From the NCBI GenBank assembly GCA_963702475.1, contig CAVPCT010000005.1:448001-512000 (forward strand): a DNA stretch of 64,000 nucleotides, read 5' to 3'. Made by a program: the position numbers and the translations under genes. Source of the DNA: an uncultured Thermoleophilia bacterium. GTDB taxonomy: Bacteria > Actinomycetota > Thermoleophilia > UBA2241. Position 1 is the stretch's first letter; the number at the start of each line of letters is the position of its first letter. The notes beneath the pieces were generated by a model. That model worked only from the letters and a program-made list of their open reading frames with translations, had not been told where the DNA came from and made no database searches. Positions 31,156 through 40,763 of the stretch are shown one piece after another.

Positions 31156-31208
31156 CCCCTGACCTCCGCCGTGCAAAGGCGGCGCTCTCCCAACTGAGCT
31201 AGCGGCCC
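31156..31208 (-). pseudogene. 5' part of tRNA-Ala(TGC) (positions 1-53); T-loop and 3' acceptor strand missing
   Basis: GGGCCGC-TA-GCTC-AGTTGGGA-GAGC-G-CCGCC-TTTGCAC-GGCGG-AGGTC-AGGGG, then diverges; TATACT box just upstream. Confidence 0.88.
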
Positions 31209-31332
31209 ACGAGGGGGACGAGTATACCCGGAGAAGCCGAGGAAGCCGGACCGGCTTGTGAATCCACGCGTGTCTCGGTTGCGGCATGGTTGCAGCACTC
31301 CACGGACTCGCTCGGCAGCGTGGCGTACCCGT

Positions 31333-33034
31333 TCACTTCACCCAGAGTCTCCACATGTCGACCACGTACAGCATGTTCGGGGTGAAGCCGCCCAGGCGCG
31401 AGCTGAGCAGGCGGAAGTCCGCGAACGCGAACAGAGGGATGACCGGCACGTCCGCGGCGATCTCATGCGCTGCCCTGCGGCTGAGCTCGAGGCGCCGGGC
31501 TTCGTCAGGCGTGGACCGCGCCAGCGTGAGAAGCCGATCCACGTCCGGGTTCGAGTACGCCGTCCCGCTCGTGAAAGGCGCCTGCGAGCTCTCGTACATC
31601 TCGTAGAGGAAGCCGTCGTAGGAGTTGGCGCCCCAACTGGAGAGGCACAGTTGTGGGGCATCGCCCTTCTGGTACATGGCGACGTAGCGCGTCCCACGAG
31701 ACCACGCGCACCGTGAGCCTGATGCCGGCGGCGGCGCACGCCCGCTTCAGCAACTGGGCGACGGACCTGCCCAGGCGGTCGTCGCCGCAGGTGAGAGTCA
31801 GCTCGGGGCTGCTCGCGGATCCGTACAGCTGCCGGGCCCGCGCAGGGTCGTAGGCCTGCGACGGCTGCTCGTCCTTCCAGCCCGGGAAGATGGGCGGCAC
31901 GAGGCCGGTCTGGGGGATGTACACGCCGTCGCTGACCACGGCCACGAGGGAAGCTCTGTCGATCGCAGCGTCGATCGCCTGCCGCACCGGCAGACCGGCG
32001 TCGCCGCCGACCGTCCCGTCGCGCATGTCGAAACTGAGCAGGGCCATAGCTGCGACCGGCAGAGCCCTGGCCTCCCACTCCCCGCTCCTCACCTCCGGCA
32101 AGGATCGGGAAGCGATGACTTGGCCTTGCGGCACCCAGGTGAAGTCCAGCAACCCATTCTGGAAGGCGAGCAGCTCGGCACTGACGCTCTTGAACAGCTC
32201 GAAGTGGACGGCGTCCAGATAGGGCTTGCCGGACGAGGCGCCCCACCAGGCCGGGTTGCGCACCAAGTCGAGGTACTCGCCCTTCACCCTCCGTGAGAAC
32301 AGGAACGGACCCGTGCCGACGGGGGCGGCCTCGAACGCCACCCGGCCGACGCGCCGCAGGTAGTCGACGGGCCACACCCATGCCGCAGCCCCGCCGAGGT
32401 TGTCGGGGAAGGTCGCGAACGGGCGCTTGAGCGCGAACCGGACGGTGTAGCGGTCGAGGGCCTTCACGCCGAGCCGCGAGGGGACAGCCGTGCCATCGTC
32501 GCTCGTCCCCCGGATGACGGCGTACGTGTTCGCGTACATTGACTTCGTCGACGGGCGGGTGCAGTAACGGAAGTCGGCCACCACGTCGGACGCGGTGACC
32601 TCCCTGTCGACTGGCGCCTGGAAGCGCACTCCTCGCCGCAGGCGGAACGTCCAGACAGTGGCGTCCTCATTCGCCGTCCACTCCTGCGCCAGGCAGGGGA
32701 CTGTCCTGACGGTGCCGTCGGGCAGCGACTCATACGCCGTCAAGCCCTCGTAGATCTCGTGGAGGACGACATTGTCCTCCCACAAGGCGGCGAACGGGAT
32801 GAGCGTGCTGACGTCGGACTGCAGCGGGAAATTGTAGGTGCCGCCCGGCTTCGGCGTCACGGAGGCGGCGGCCGGAGGAGTGCCCGCGGCGCCGGCGCCG
32901 CCTCCGCACCCTCCCGCGCCCACGAGTGCTGCCGTGACGAGCAGGAGGGACGCGGCAAGCCGGGCGAGACCCCGCGCCGGCCTCTTGCCGAGGGATCCGG
33001 CCGCCCTCCACTGGCTGCCCCGCCTGCCTCCCAT
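31333..33034 (-). pseudogene. Family 5 (oligopeptide-type) ABC substrate-binding lipoprotein, frameshifted near 31687
   Basis: Lipobox-like GGC, IYEGL, WTFRLRRGVRF, VTASDVV, PVGTGPF, VRQAI..AIDR; C-terminus (YSNPDVDRLL..AR, ADVPVIPL, LWVK*) lies in another frame. Confidence 0.8.
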
Positions 33035-33374
33035 GTCAGCTCCCCCCTTCGCACCGAGGAATCTGATGAGGATACGACGCCCTTGTGACTTCACCAACAG
33101 TCGCCTGCCGCTCTCCGGAGTGGCGGAAGCAGACGAACCCGTCGATGCACATCGTCAGGCCATTCTCGTCCGGATCCTCACACTCTCTACTGACAAGAGT
33201 CGGGCGTCCCTCAACCTTGCCGGCAAGCCACAGCGCTGCAACGCGGAGGGCACTTGACGCATCCATCGCCGACCGAGGGCGCGTGAGGGCTGCTACGGCA
33301 CGTATGCCCGTTTTGCAGGGCTTTTCACGGATGGCTGCGGAGCGCCGCGGAGCCTAGAGGCCCCGATCTGCGAA

Positions 33375-33434
33375 CTCGAAAACCGTTAATCCGGCTAACC
33401 GGGTTCGGGGGTTCGAATCCCCCCCTCTCCGCCA
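33375..33434 (+). repeat. att repeat: duplicated 3' 60 nt of tRNA-Ser(CGA)
   Basis: ctcgaaaaccgttaatccggctaaccgggttcgggggttcgaatccccccctctccgcca, identical to 27112..27171. Confidence 0.95.
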
Positions 33435-33594
33435 CCTGCTGCGTCCCGTCGCAGTCCCTTCGCGGCACGTCTCCTCCTCTTCAGGGGGCGAGCGGCGGCG
33501 GCGCGTGCTAGGCTGCGGGTCAGCTCGTTCACGGGCGCCCGGACCGGACCTGCCGGAGCTGCGCCCGGGGACGACCCGCATCCAGGGAGGACGC

Positions 33595-33792
33595 GTGAGG
33601 CTCGAAGACCTGCTCGGCAAGCACGTCCGGTACAAGGGCGAGGAGGGCCACGTTGTCGAGGGCCACATCGGCGATGGGCACTCCGGCGAGGAGGCATCGG
33701 TGGTGGTGAGCGTCCGTGGGGCGCACAACGTGGCCCGTCGGAACGTGGCCGTGCCGGAGTCCGAGTGGGAGGAGTTCGAGTTCCTTCGCTAG
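33595..33792 (+). CDS. Small hypothetical protein (65 aa)
   Basis: GGGAGG RBS before GTG; MRLEDLLGKHVRYKGEEGHVVEGHIG...WEEFEFLR. Confidence 0.7.
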   Translation: MRLEDLLGKHVRYKGEEGHVVEGHIGDGHSGEEASVVVSVRGAHNVARRNVAVPESEWEEFEFLR

Positions 33793-33892
33793 CGGCCCGG
33801 CGAGCGGCAGCGGCCCGGCAGCCTGTGGCCGGGGCCGGAGACCCGCGCCTCGCAAGCCTTTCCTCGCTCCAAGCGCGGCCCCCAGCGCACGC

Positions 33893-33997
33893 TCACTCCA
33901 GCCGCCGACACGCCTCATCGTCGCGGTGCTTGCCGACGAGGAGGGCCCTCAGCACGCCATCCTCGACGCCGAGGATCATGCGGTACTCGCCGGCCGA
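33893..33997 (-). pseudogene. Possible RelE/ParE toxin C-terminal remnant
   Basis: SAGEYRMILGVEDGVLRALLVGKHRDDEACRRLE resembles the RelE GEYRIIY...V.LVGKRNDDEVYR ending. Confidence 0.45.
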
Positions 33998-34107
33998 GTG
34001 GCGTGCGCAGAGCTCCGCCGTCCGCGCGGCGGGCTGACCCAGCCACCCGACCGCCGGGCACACGAGTGATAGGTTCACGCCAAGGCGTCGGGAGGAGGCT
34101 GAGCGGA

Positions 34108-35892
34108 ATGCGTCTGCATCGGATCCGAGTGAGCAAGCGGCGTACGACGGCTCGTCGCGCTTCGGTCGCGCCCCGTCCGGCGGTCGCCCTGCTCTCGGCC
34201 GTCGTCGTCCTGTCGGCAGCCACGCTGCTCGCCAGTGCCACCCCCGCCCGCGCCGCCGTCTGGGTCATCCCCGCCACGGCGCGGGCGTTCCCGGGCACGC
34301 CGCCCGGCAAGGCCCAGACCGTCGCCCTCGACGCCGCCGGCGGCGAGTACGAGGGCGCTCAGGTCGTCGTGCGCGGGGCCGCGGCGCGCGACGTCACGGT
34401 CTCCTGGAAGGCCGGCGGCGACGCGCTGATCACCGACAACGCGACGCTCGCCGAGGTCAAGTACGTCCACGTGACGCACCCATCGACGGACGCGGGCACG
34501 AAGGCGGGCTACTACCCGGACCCGCTGGTGCCGCGGCAGTTCGGGGTGGCGATCAGGATGCCCGCCAGAACCGCCGCCCTCTACGTGCTCGTGCACGTGC
34601 CGCACGGCACCAAGCCCGGCGCCGCGACCGCGACGCTCCGCGTCGAGAACGGCGCCGAGACGCTCGACCTGCCGGTGCGCCTGCGCGTCTGGGACTTCGG
34701 CTGGAAGCGCCTCTCCACGCACACGGCATTCTCACTCAGCACCAACGCCATCAAGGCGAGCCTGCGCGGCAGCGTCGGCTTCACCGGCAAGCGCAAGGAC
34801 CAGCTCTTCACCGCCTACTCCGCGATGCTCCTGCAGCATGGGGTCACGCCCATGCCGCCCAACGCCGCGCCGCGCCTGTCGGGCGGCTCCATCGACGCCG
34901 CCGCCTACGCTGCCGACCTCGCGCCCTACGCCGGCGCCGACGGCCTCGACTTTCCCGACGTCCAGCTCCCCTGGTACAGCTGGTTCCCTGAGAGCCTGAG
35001 CCCGTCGCTGGCGACGAGCGACCTGATGCGCACCTACCTCACCGGTGTGTGCCGCGTGTTCGCCGACAACGGCTGGCAGAAGAAGGCCTTCGCCTTCGTG
35101 ATCGACGAACCCACCAGCGTCGCCAAGGAGCGCGAGGCCGAGACGTACGCCCGGTTGCTGCACAAGGCCTCGGCTGCGGCCGGCTTCCGCTGCCGCTTCC
35201 TGCTCACAGACGATCCCCGCCCCACCTCGCTCGGTGGCATCAAGACGGCCAACAGCTTCCTCTTCGACGACGTCGACATCTGGTGCACGCGGTACTACTA
35301 CTTCTTCGGCCGCGTTCCCGCGCTGCGCGCGCGCCGCGCGGCCGGCGATGAGATCTGGTGGTACACCTACGCCAACGCCGGCGCCGACAAGATGCCGGGC
35401 TACCTCATCGACAAACCTCTCGCCGACCAGCGCGTGTTCGGCTGGCTCATGCACGAGTGGGGCGTGGACGGCCTCCTCAACTGGGGCACCAATCGCTGGG
35501 GCGACCCCTACACCGGCAACGGCTGGCGCGACCCGTACCAGGATCCGGTCTCGTACCGCAAGAAGGACGGCCGCGTGGCCAACGGGGACAGCTGCCTCAT
35601 CTACCCCGGCTACTATCCGAACTACGGACTGAAGGACCCCGAGGCCGGACCGGTCTCGTCGCTGCGGCTCGAGGCGCTGCGCGACGGCTTCGAGGACCGC
35701 GAGTACTTGAGACTCGCCGCCCGAACCTCCGGCGGGGCGGCCCTCGTCAAGAACGCCGTCGCGCGCATCACCTGGTACCCCTACCCCGTGCGGCAGGGCA
35801 ACGTCTTCGACTTCCCCAGGTACACCAGTGAGCCCGGCTCCTTCGACAAGGCGCGCCGGGAGCTGGCGCTCGGGATCGAGCAGGCGCAGTAA
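34108..35892 (+). CDS. Secreted DUF4091 / GH123-like glycoside hydrolase
   Basis: Signal peptide; GEYEGAQV, YPDPL, IDEP, IWWY, GLLNWG, NGD..LIYPG, SSLRLEALRDGFEDREYL. Confidence 0.8.
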   Translation: MRLHRIRVSKRRTTARRASVAPRPAVALLSAVVVLSAATLLASATPARAAVWVIPATARAFPGTPPGKAQTVALDAAGGEYEGAQVVVRGAAARDVTVSWKAGGDALITDNATLAEVKYVHVTHPSTDAGTKAGYYPDPLVPRQFGVAIRMPARTAALYVLVHVPHGTKPGAATATLRVENGAETLDLPVRLRVWDFGWKRLSTHTAFSLSTNAIKASLRGSVGFTGKRKDQLFTAYSAMLLQHGVTPMPPNAAPRLSGGSIDAAAYAADLAPYAGADGLDFPDVQLPWYSWFPESLSPSLATSDLMRTYLTGVCRVFADNGWQKKAFAFVIDEPTSVAKEREAETYARLLHKASAAAGFRCRFLLTDDPRPTSLGGIKTANSFLFDDVDIWCTRYYYFFGRVPALRARRAAGDEIWWYTYANAGADKMPGYLIDKPLADQRVFGWLMHEWGVDGLLNWGTNRWGDPYTGNGWRDPYQDPVSYRKKDGRVANGDSCLIYPGYYPNYGLKDPEAGPVSSLRLEALRDGFEDREYLRLAARTSGGAALVKNAVARITWYPYPVRQGNVFDFPRYTSEPGSFDKARRELALGIEQAQ

Positions 35893-36128
35893 GTCCGGCT
35901 GATCCGCCCCAGAAGCCCAAAGCGCCCGAGTCGACGCGCGGCTCCGGGAACCGCAGAGACGCACCTGTGCAGCAGGGCTCGCCGAACCGCCCGGGCGGGC
36001 GCCACCTCACCTGCGCATAGCGAAGATACGTCCGCCCAGCGTCCCGTCGAAGCCGCAGCACCAGGACCCCGCGCCCGACGCGTCGTCCCGGACTCTCGCG
36101 GCGCGACCGCGCCGCCCGTACGTCACCC

Positions 36129-36329
36129 TCAGCCGTGGTGACAGGCGCGTAGCTCCTCGAGGTCCATCTTCGGCCGCGCCAGGGCGTTGCGAAGGTAGCT
36201 CTCGAAGGTCTGGCGGACGTGGGTGGAGCGGCAGGCGAGGCACGGCACCCTGCCGCTCTCGGGCGCGTCCGCCAGCTCCGCCTCGAAGTGCGCGCCGCAC
36301 TCGAGGCAGATGAAGTCGTAGATCGCCAT
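36129..36329 (-). CDS. FmdB-family zinc-ribbon protein (possible Sec extension to 36123)
   Basis: MAIYDFICLECGAHFE...CLACRS; AAGGAG RBS; ends CHHG-TGA-GGG-TGA. Confidence 0.85.
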   Translation of the reverse strand: MAIYDFICLECGAHFEAELADAPESGRVPCLACRSTHVRQTFESYLRNALARPKMDLEELRACHHG

Positions 36330-36835
36330 CGCTCCTTCGTGCGGCCGCGTTGTTCCGTCGCCTTGCCCGGGAGTATGTCCGCGGCGGGCCGCGGGGAATC
36401 CCGGCATCCGCCGGACCGGCCTGACCGCGCCTTCCGGCCACCCCGGGCGCCGGCGCTCTTCGCGCGTCGCCTGCGCCGGCAACGGGACTGCTCGCGCATC
36501 GGCGACAAGAACGGCGCAACGGCGTGAGGCGCGCGCGGCGCGGGAACAAGAAGTGCGTGCAGCAGGCACGTAGCCAGTCGAGGAAGACGCAGCAGCGTCA
36601 CCCGGGCTGGTGGACCCGAAGGGTGATCCGGCGAGATCGCCTGGTGAAGTACAAGGCGGTCCCATCGGAAACACGACCTGCTGCACGACAGCGTACGGAA
36701 CCCGCATCAGATCAGCGCGCCTCGGCGCCGGCGGCCGCGCTCGACCCGCGCGCGCACGAGCCGCCTCGCGCGTATGATGCAGCCGACGGCGACACGGCCC
36801 GCCGGGGCGGCGGGCTCGACGCGAGGGGGACCACC

Positions 36836-37795
36836 ATGGCACGTCCAGGGCCGAACAGCCACAGGTCGATGTTCACGCTCGTGGCCGCGACGCTGCTCCT
36901 CCTGGCTGCCGTACCCTCCGCGGCCGCGGCGGCCGGCGCCGGCTCGGCCGCCGCCGCACTCGCCTTCGTGCGCGCGGATCACGTCTGGGTGGCCGCCGCC
37001 GCAGGGAGCGGTGCGTTCCAGCTCACCAAGGGCACCGCCGAGGACTCCCTTCCCGCCTGGTCCCCCGACGGCCAGACGGTGGCGTACGTGCGCAGCGGCG
37101 GCTCCGGCATCAACACCAGCGTCCGCACCGTCTCTGCGTCCGGCGGAACGCCGCAGCTTCTCTACAAATCGGCCATCCCCAAGGCCGTGTACATCGCCAT
37201 CACGGGGCTCGCGTACACCCCGGACGGCACGGAGCTCACCATCGCCGAGTCCTGGGTCACGGGATCACCCGGCGACATCGGGCGGTGCCGCGTGGTCTCG
37301 TACGAGCTCGCCACCGGCAAGACCAGGGTCCTGCTGTCGAAGAACGGAGGCTTCGGCTCGGTCATCGGCGCCATGTGGCAGCTCGCCTGGTCGCCGGACG
37401 GCGCCACGCTGGCCATCGCCCAGGCGGGGCAGGACTCGGAGGGCGGTCAGACGTGGCTCTTCACCCCGTCGGACTCGGGCCTGCGCCGCCTCGGCACGAC
37501 CCAGGCCTCGTTCTGCGACTGGGCGCCGTCGGGGGACTCCCTGCTGCTCAGCACGTTCACCCAGGCGAGCTCGAAGGTCCAGCTCGTCGGCCTCACCGGC
37601 AAGGTCCGGCGCACGCTGGTCAAGGGTGGCGGCTGGACGGGCAACAGCGTCTACGACGCGCGCATCTCGTGGGACGGTTCCACGGTCGCCTACACGTACA
37701 CGCCGAAGTCCGGAACGGCACAGGTGTGGCTCATGACGTCCACCGGAAGCGGCAGGCACAAGGTCACGACCGGGTCGCAGCCCGCCTGGCGCTGA
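36836..37795 (+). CDS. Secreted TolB/PD40-repeat beta-propeller protein
   Basis: Signal peptide; PAWSPDG, YTPDG, LAWSPDG, WAPSG, ISWDG, PAWR repeats. Confidence 0.85.
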   Translation: MARPGPNSHRSMFTLVAATLLLLAAVPSAAAAAGAGSAAAALAFVRADHVWVAAAAGSGAFQLTKGTAEDSLPAWSPDGQTVAYVRSGGSGINTSVRTVSASGGTPQLLYKSAIPKAVYIAITGLAYTPDGTELTIAESWVTGSPGDIGRCRVVSYELATGKTRVLLSKNGGFGSVIGAMWQLAWSPDGATLAIAQAGQDSEGGQTWLFTPSDSGLRRLGTTQASFCDWAPSGDSLLLSTFTQASSKVQLVGLTGKVRRTLVKGGGWTGNSVYDARISWDGSTVAYTYTPKSGTAQVWLMTSTGSGRHKVTTGSQPAWR

Positions 37796-37914
37796 CGCAG
37801 CGCTGGGCCAAGCTCACCGAGACGCAGGTGCCGCCCTCCCCCTCCCCTGTCTGACCCGCGCGAGGAGTAGACTCGCGCCACATCCCCGGTCTGGGGCAGA
37901 CGAAGGGAGACCTG

Positions 37915-38985
37915 ATGGCCGACCGTCGCGTCAAGCAGCTCCGCGAGTTCATCGAACCGTTCCGCGTCCCGCCGGGAAAGAAGATCGTCCTCGCGCGGGA
38001 TTTCGACCCGTCCTACAAGGCCGATTTCCTGGACAAGGAGGAGGGCGAGGAGCTCCTCCAGCAGGGCGTCGAGCAGCTCAGCGAGTTCCAGGCCCGTCTG
38101 GCCGCGCAGGACACGTATTCGGTGCTCGTGTGCCTGCAGGCGCTGGACGCCGCCGGCAAGGACGGGACGATCCGTCACGTCATGAGCGGCGTGAACCCGC
38201 AGGGCGTGGAGGTGCGCGGCTTCAAGGTGCCGTCGGCCGAGGAGCTGGACCACGACTACCTGTGGCGGTATCAGAAGGCCCTGCCGGCGCGCGGCAACAT
38301 CGGGATCTTCAACCGCTCGCACTACGAAGAGGTCCTCGTGGTGCGCGTGCACGAGCAGGTCCTGGCCAACGAGAAGCTGCCCAAGGCGGCCCGCACGGCC
38401 GGCATCTGGGGCCGTCGCTACCGCGCCATCAACGACTGGGAACGCCACCTGGTCGAGAACGGCTACAAGGTCGTCAAACTGTTCCTCAACCTCTCGAACG
38501 AGGAGCAGCGCCGGCGCTTCCTGTCGCGCATCGACGAGCCCGACAAGAACTGGAAGTTCTCCGCCGGCGACGCCCGCGAGCGGCAGTACTGGGACGCCTA
38601 CCAGAAGGCCTTCTCCGAGATGCTCTCCAGCACCAGCACCGAGTGGGCCCCCTGGTACGTGATCCCCGCCGACCACAAGTGGTTCGCGCGCATCTCGGCA
38701 GCGGCCGTGATCATCGAGACGCTGATGACGATCGACCCGCAGTACCCCGTGCTGTCCGAAGATGCGCTGGAGGAGCTGCAGCAGGTCAAGAAGGAGCTCG
38801 AGGCCGAGGCGCCCGAAGGCGTGGCCGCCGACCCCGTCGAGGAGGAGATCGAGAAGAAGGCCAAGAAGGCCGCGCGCGAGGCGGACGACAAGGACGACGA
38901 CCCGCCCGGCGACGAGGACGACCCGCCGGCGAAGCCCAAGAAGGGCAAGAAGGACAAGGGCGGCAAGAAGAACAAGAAGAAGTGA
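37915..38985 (+). CDS. ppk2: Polyphosphate kinase 2 (class III-type)
   Basis: QALDAAGKDGTIRHV, FKVPSAEELDHDYLWR, IFNRSHYEEVL, KNWKFS, APWYVIPADHKW. Confidence 0.93.
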   Translation: MADRRVKQLREFIEPFRVPPGKKIVLARDFDPSYKADFLDKEEGEELLQQGVEQLSEFQARLAAQDTYSVLVCLQALDAAGKDGTIRHVMSGVNPQGVEVRGFKVPSAEELDHDYLWRYQKALPARGNIGIFNRSHYEEVLVVRVHEQVLANEKLPKAARTAGIWGRRYRAINDWERHLVENGYKVVKLFLNLSNEEQRRRFLSRIDEPDKNWKFSAGDARERQYWDAYQKAFSEMLSSTSTEWAPWYVIPADHKWFARISAAAVIIETLMTIDPQYPVLSEDALEELQQVKKELEAEAPEGVAADPVEEEIEKKAKKAAREADDKDDDPPGDEDDPPAKPKKGKKDKGGKKNKKK

Positions 38986-39016
38986 CGGCGGCCGGCGCAC
39001 AGGCGGCCGCCTGACG

Positions 39017-39060
39017 CGACGACGGGCGGCGGGGCCCCACGGCCCCGCCGCCCGTCGTCG
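39017..39060. terminator. Perfect 20-bp hairpin between convergent genes
   Basis: cgacgacgggcggcggggcc-ccac-ggccccgccgcccgtcgtcg. Confidence 0.75.
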
Positions 39061-39079
39061 TCCTGCGGCCGTCAGCGCT

Positions 39080-40474
39080 TCACTTCACGACCAGCGGCCG
39101 CGACGTCGCGGACTTCTGCGTGTAGCCGGCGTAGTCGGTGCAGGCCACCTTCCACGTGTAGTGTCCGGCCGGGATGCGCACGCGCGCCACACAGGAGCGG
39201 GACGTGCCGGTCGATCCGATACCGGCGGCGAAGCTCTCCACCACGCGGCCGCGCGAGTCGTGCACGAGCACGGTCGCAGAGGCCCGCGGCACGCCGGGGT
39301 CGTCCACGCGGAAGCGGAACGTGGCCTTGGCGCCGCGTCGTACGGTGACGGCGTTGAGCGCGACGGTCGCTGGGCGCTCCTGCGGCGAGAACCCCGCGCC
39401 GCCCCCGTCCGCGGTGTGCAGTGCCAGCCGGCTCGTGCCGACGGCCCATGCCGACGTGGCGCCCAGCGCAGCCACCGCCTCGGCGGCCGGCTGCACGCCG
39501 CAGTCCTGCTGCACCCAGGTCTCGCCCCCGTCCGTCGTATGGAGGATCACGGCCCAGCCCGTTCTGCCGTACCGCAGCGGCCAGCAGGAGCCCACGGCCC
39601 ACCCGTTCTGGGCGTCGGCGAAGCCGACGGACGTGAGCTCGACGGCAGACCCCACCTCGGGCGACTGCCGGGCCCAGGTGGCACCGCCGTCGGCCGTGTG
39701 GAAGATCGAGGCGTCCTGACTGACGACCCAGCCCTGACCCCCGGTCACGAAACTGCAGTCGGTCAGGAAGGCATCCTTGTCCGGGGTGACGTCCTTCCAC
39801 GTCACCCCGCCGTCGCTGGTCGCGTAGCAGCGGCCGCCGTAGAAGTCCTCGTTGCCCTGCGGACCGCACACCCAGCCGTGGGTCGCGTCGGTGAAGCTGA
39901 TCCCCCTGAGCATGACGTCCGACGGAGCGGCGGCCACGGACGTCCAGTGCGTTCCGCCGTCGGAGGTGCGGTACACGACGCCGTCGTCCGCGGTGATGTA
40001 GCCGGCGTCCGCCGTCGGGAACTTCACCCTCTGCAGCGCCGCGTCCCCGCTCAGGGAAGCCCGTTCCCAGGTCTCGCCGGCGTTGGAGCTGGTCAGCAGC
40101 AACGTGCCCTGGCGGTCTCCGGAACCGTAGTCGGCGCCCACCGCCCAGGCGTGGGTCGTGTCGCTGAAAGCGACCCCGCTCAGAGCGCCGTACACCTGCT
40201 CATCCGACACCGCGTCCCACGTCGACCCTCCGTCGGTCGTGCGGAACACGACCGGGATCAGCGAGACCGGGCCCCCCTCCTCGATGTCCCCCACGGCGAG
40301 GCCCACGTGCCCGTCGGGTGTGGCGACGTCGGCGAACGACACCTCGAGGTCGCCCGGTGGGACGTAGCCACGCTGCCAGCCTGCGCTCCCACTCGCCGCG
40401 ACCGCTGCGGCGGCGGCGAGCCCGGCCAGGAGCAGCAGCAGCACCAGCCCCGTCAGATACGGTGTGCGCCTCAT
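39080..40474 (-). CDS. Secreted YCF48/BNR (Asp-box) repeat protein with C-terminal Ig-like domain
   Basis: Signal peptide; repeated T.DGG.TW and F.D..HGW.VG motifs. Confidence 0.85.
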   Translation of the reverse strand: MRRTPYLTGLVLLLLLAGLAAAAAVAASGSAGWQRGYVPPGDLEVSFADVATPDGHVGLAVGDIEEGGPVSLIPVVFRTTDGGSTWDAVSDEQVYGALSGVAFSDTTHAWAVGADYGSGDRQGTLLLTSSNAGETWERASLSGDAALQRVKFPTADAGYITADDGVVYRTSDGGTHWTSVAAAPSDVMLRGISFTDATHGWVCGPQGNEDFYGGRCYATSDGGVTWKDVTPDKDAFLTDCSFVTGGQGWVVSQDASIFHTADGGATWARQSPEVGSAVELTSVGFADAQNGWAVGSCWPLRYGRTGWAVILHTTDGGETWVQQDCGVQPAAEAVAALGATSAWAVGTSRLALHTADGGGAGFSPQERPATVALNAVTVRRGAKATFRFRVDDPGVPRASATVLVHDSRGRVVESFAAGIGSTGTSRSCVARVRIPAGHYTWKVACTDYAGYTQKSATSRPLVVK

Positions 40475-40763
40475 GTGTCCCTCCTCCGCGCCCCTCGGCG
40501 CGACTCCGTGTGCCGGCCGTCGCTCCCGCGCCCACCAGAAGCACGGGGCGCACGCGTTCTCACCTTCAGGAGGTGGCCGCTCTCACACCAGCTTCGACAG
40601 CGGCCGCTCCATCCTTGAGGAGGGATCTCGCAGCTGCCAAGTGAAGAGGCGCCGCGCACCACATCTTCCATGCGCATGTGTTATTCTGCGTTTCACGAAT
40701 TTGCATCCGCTTGATGGGCCGCGCCCACCCTGCGCTCCCGACTACAAGCCACGAGGAGACCTC

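Noticed and set aside
33375-33434. Second tRNA-Ser gene
   Set aside because: Lacks the 5' acceptor strand and D-arm; it is the att duplication
40560-40760. Possible SAM riboswitch or T-box upstream of cysH
   Set aside because: No recognisable consensus by eye; would need an Rfam covariance search
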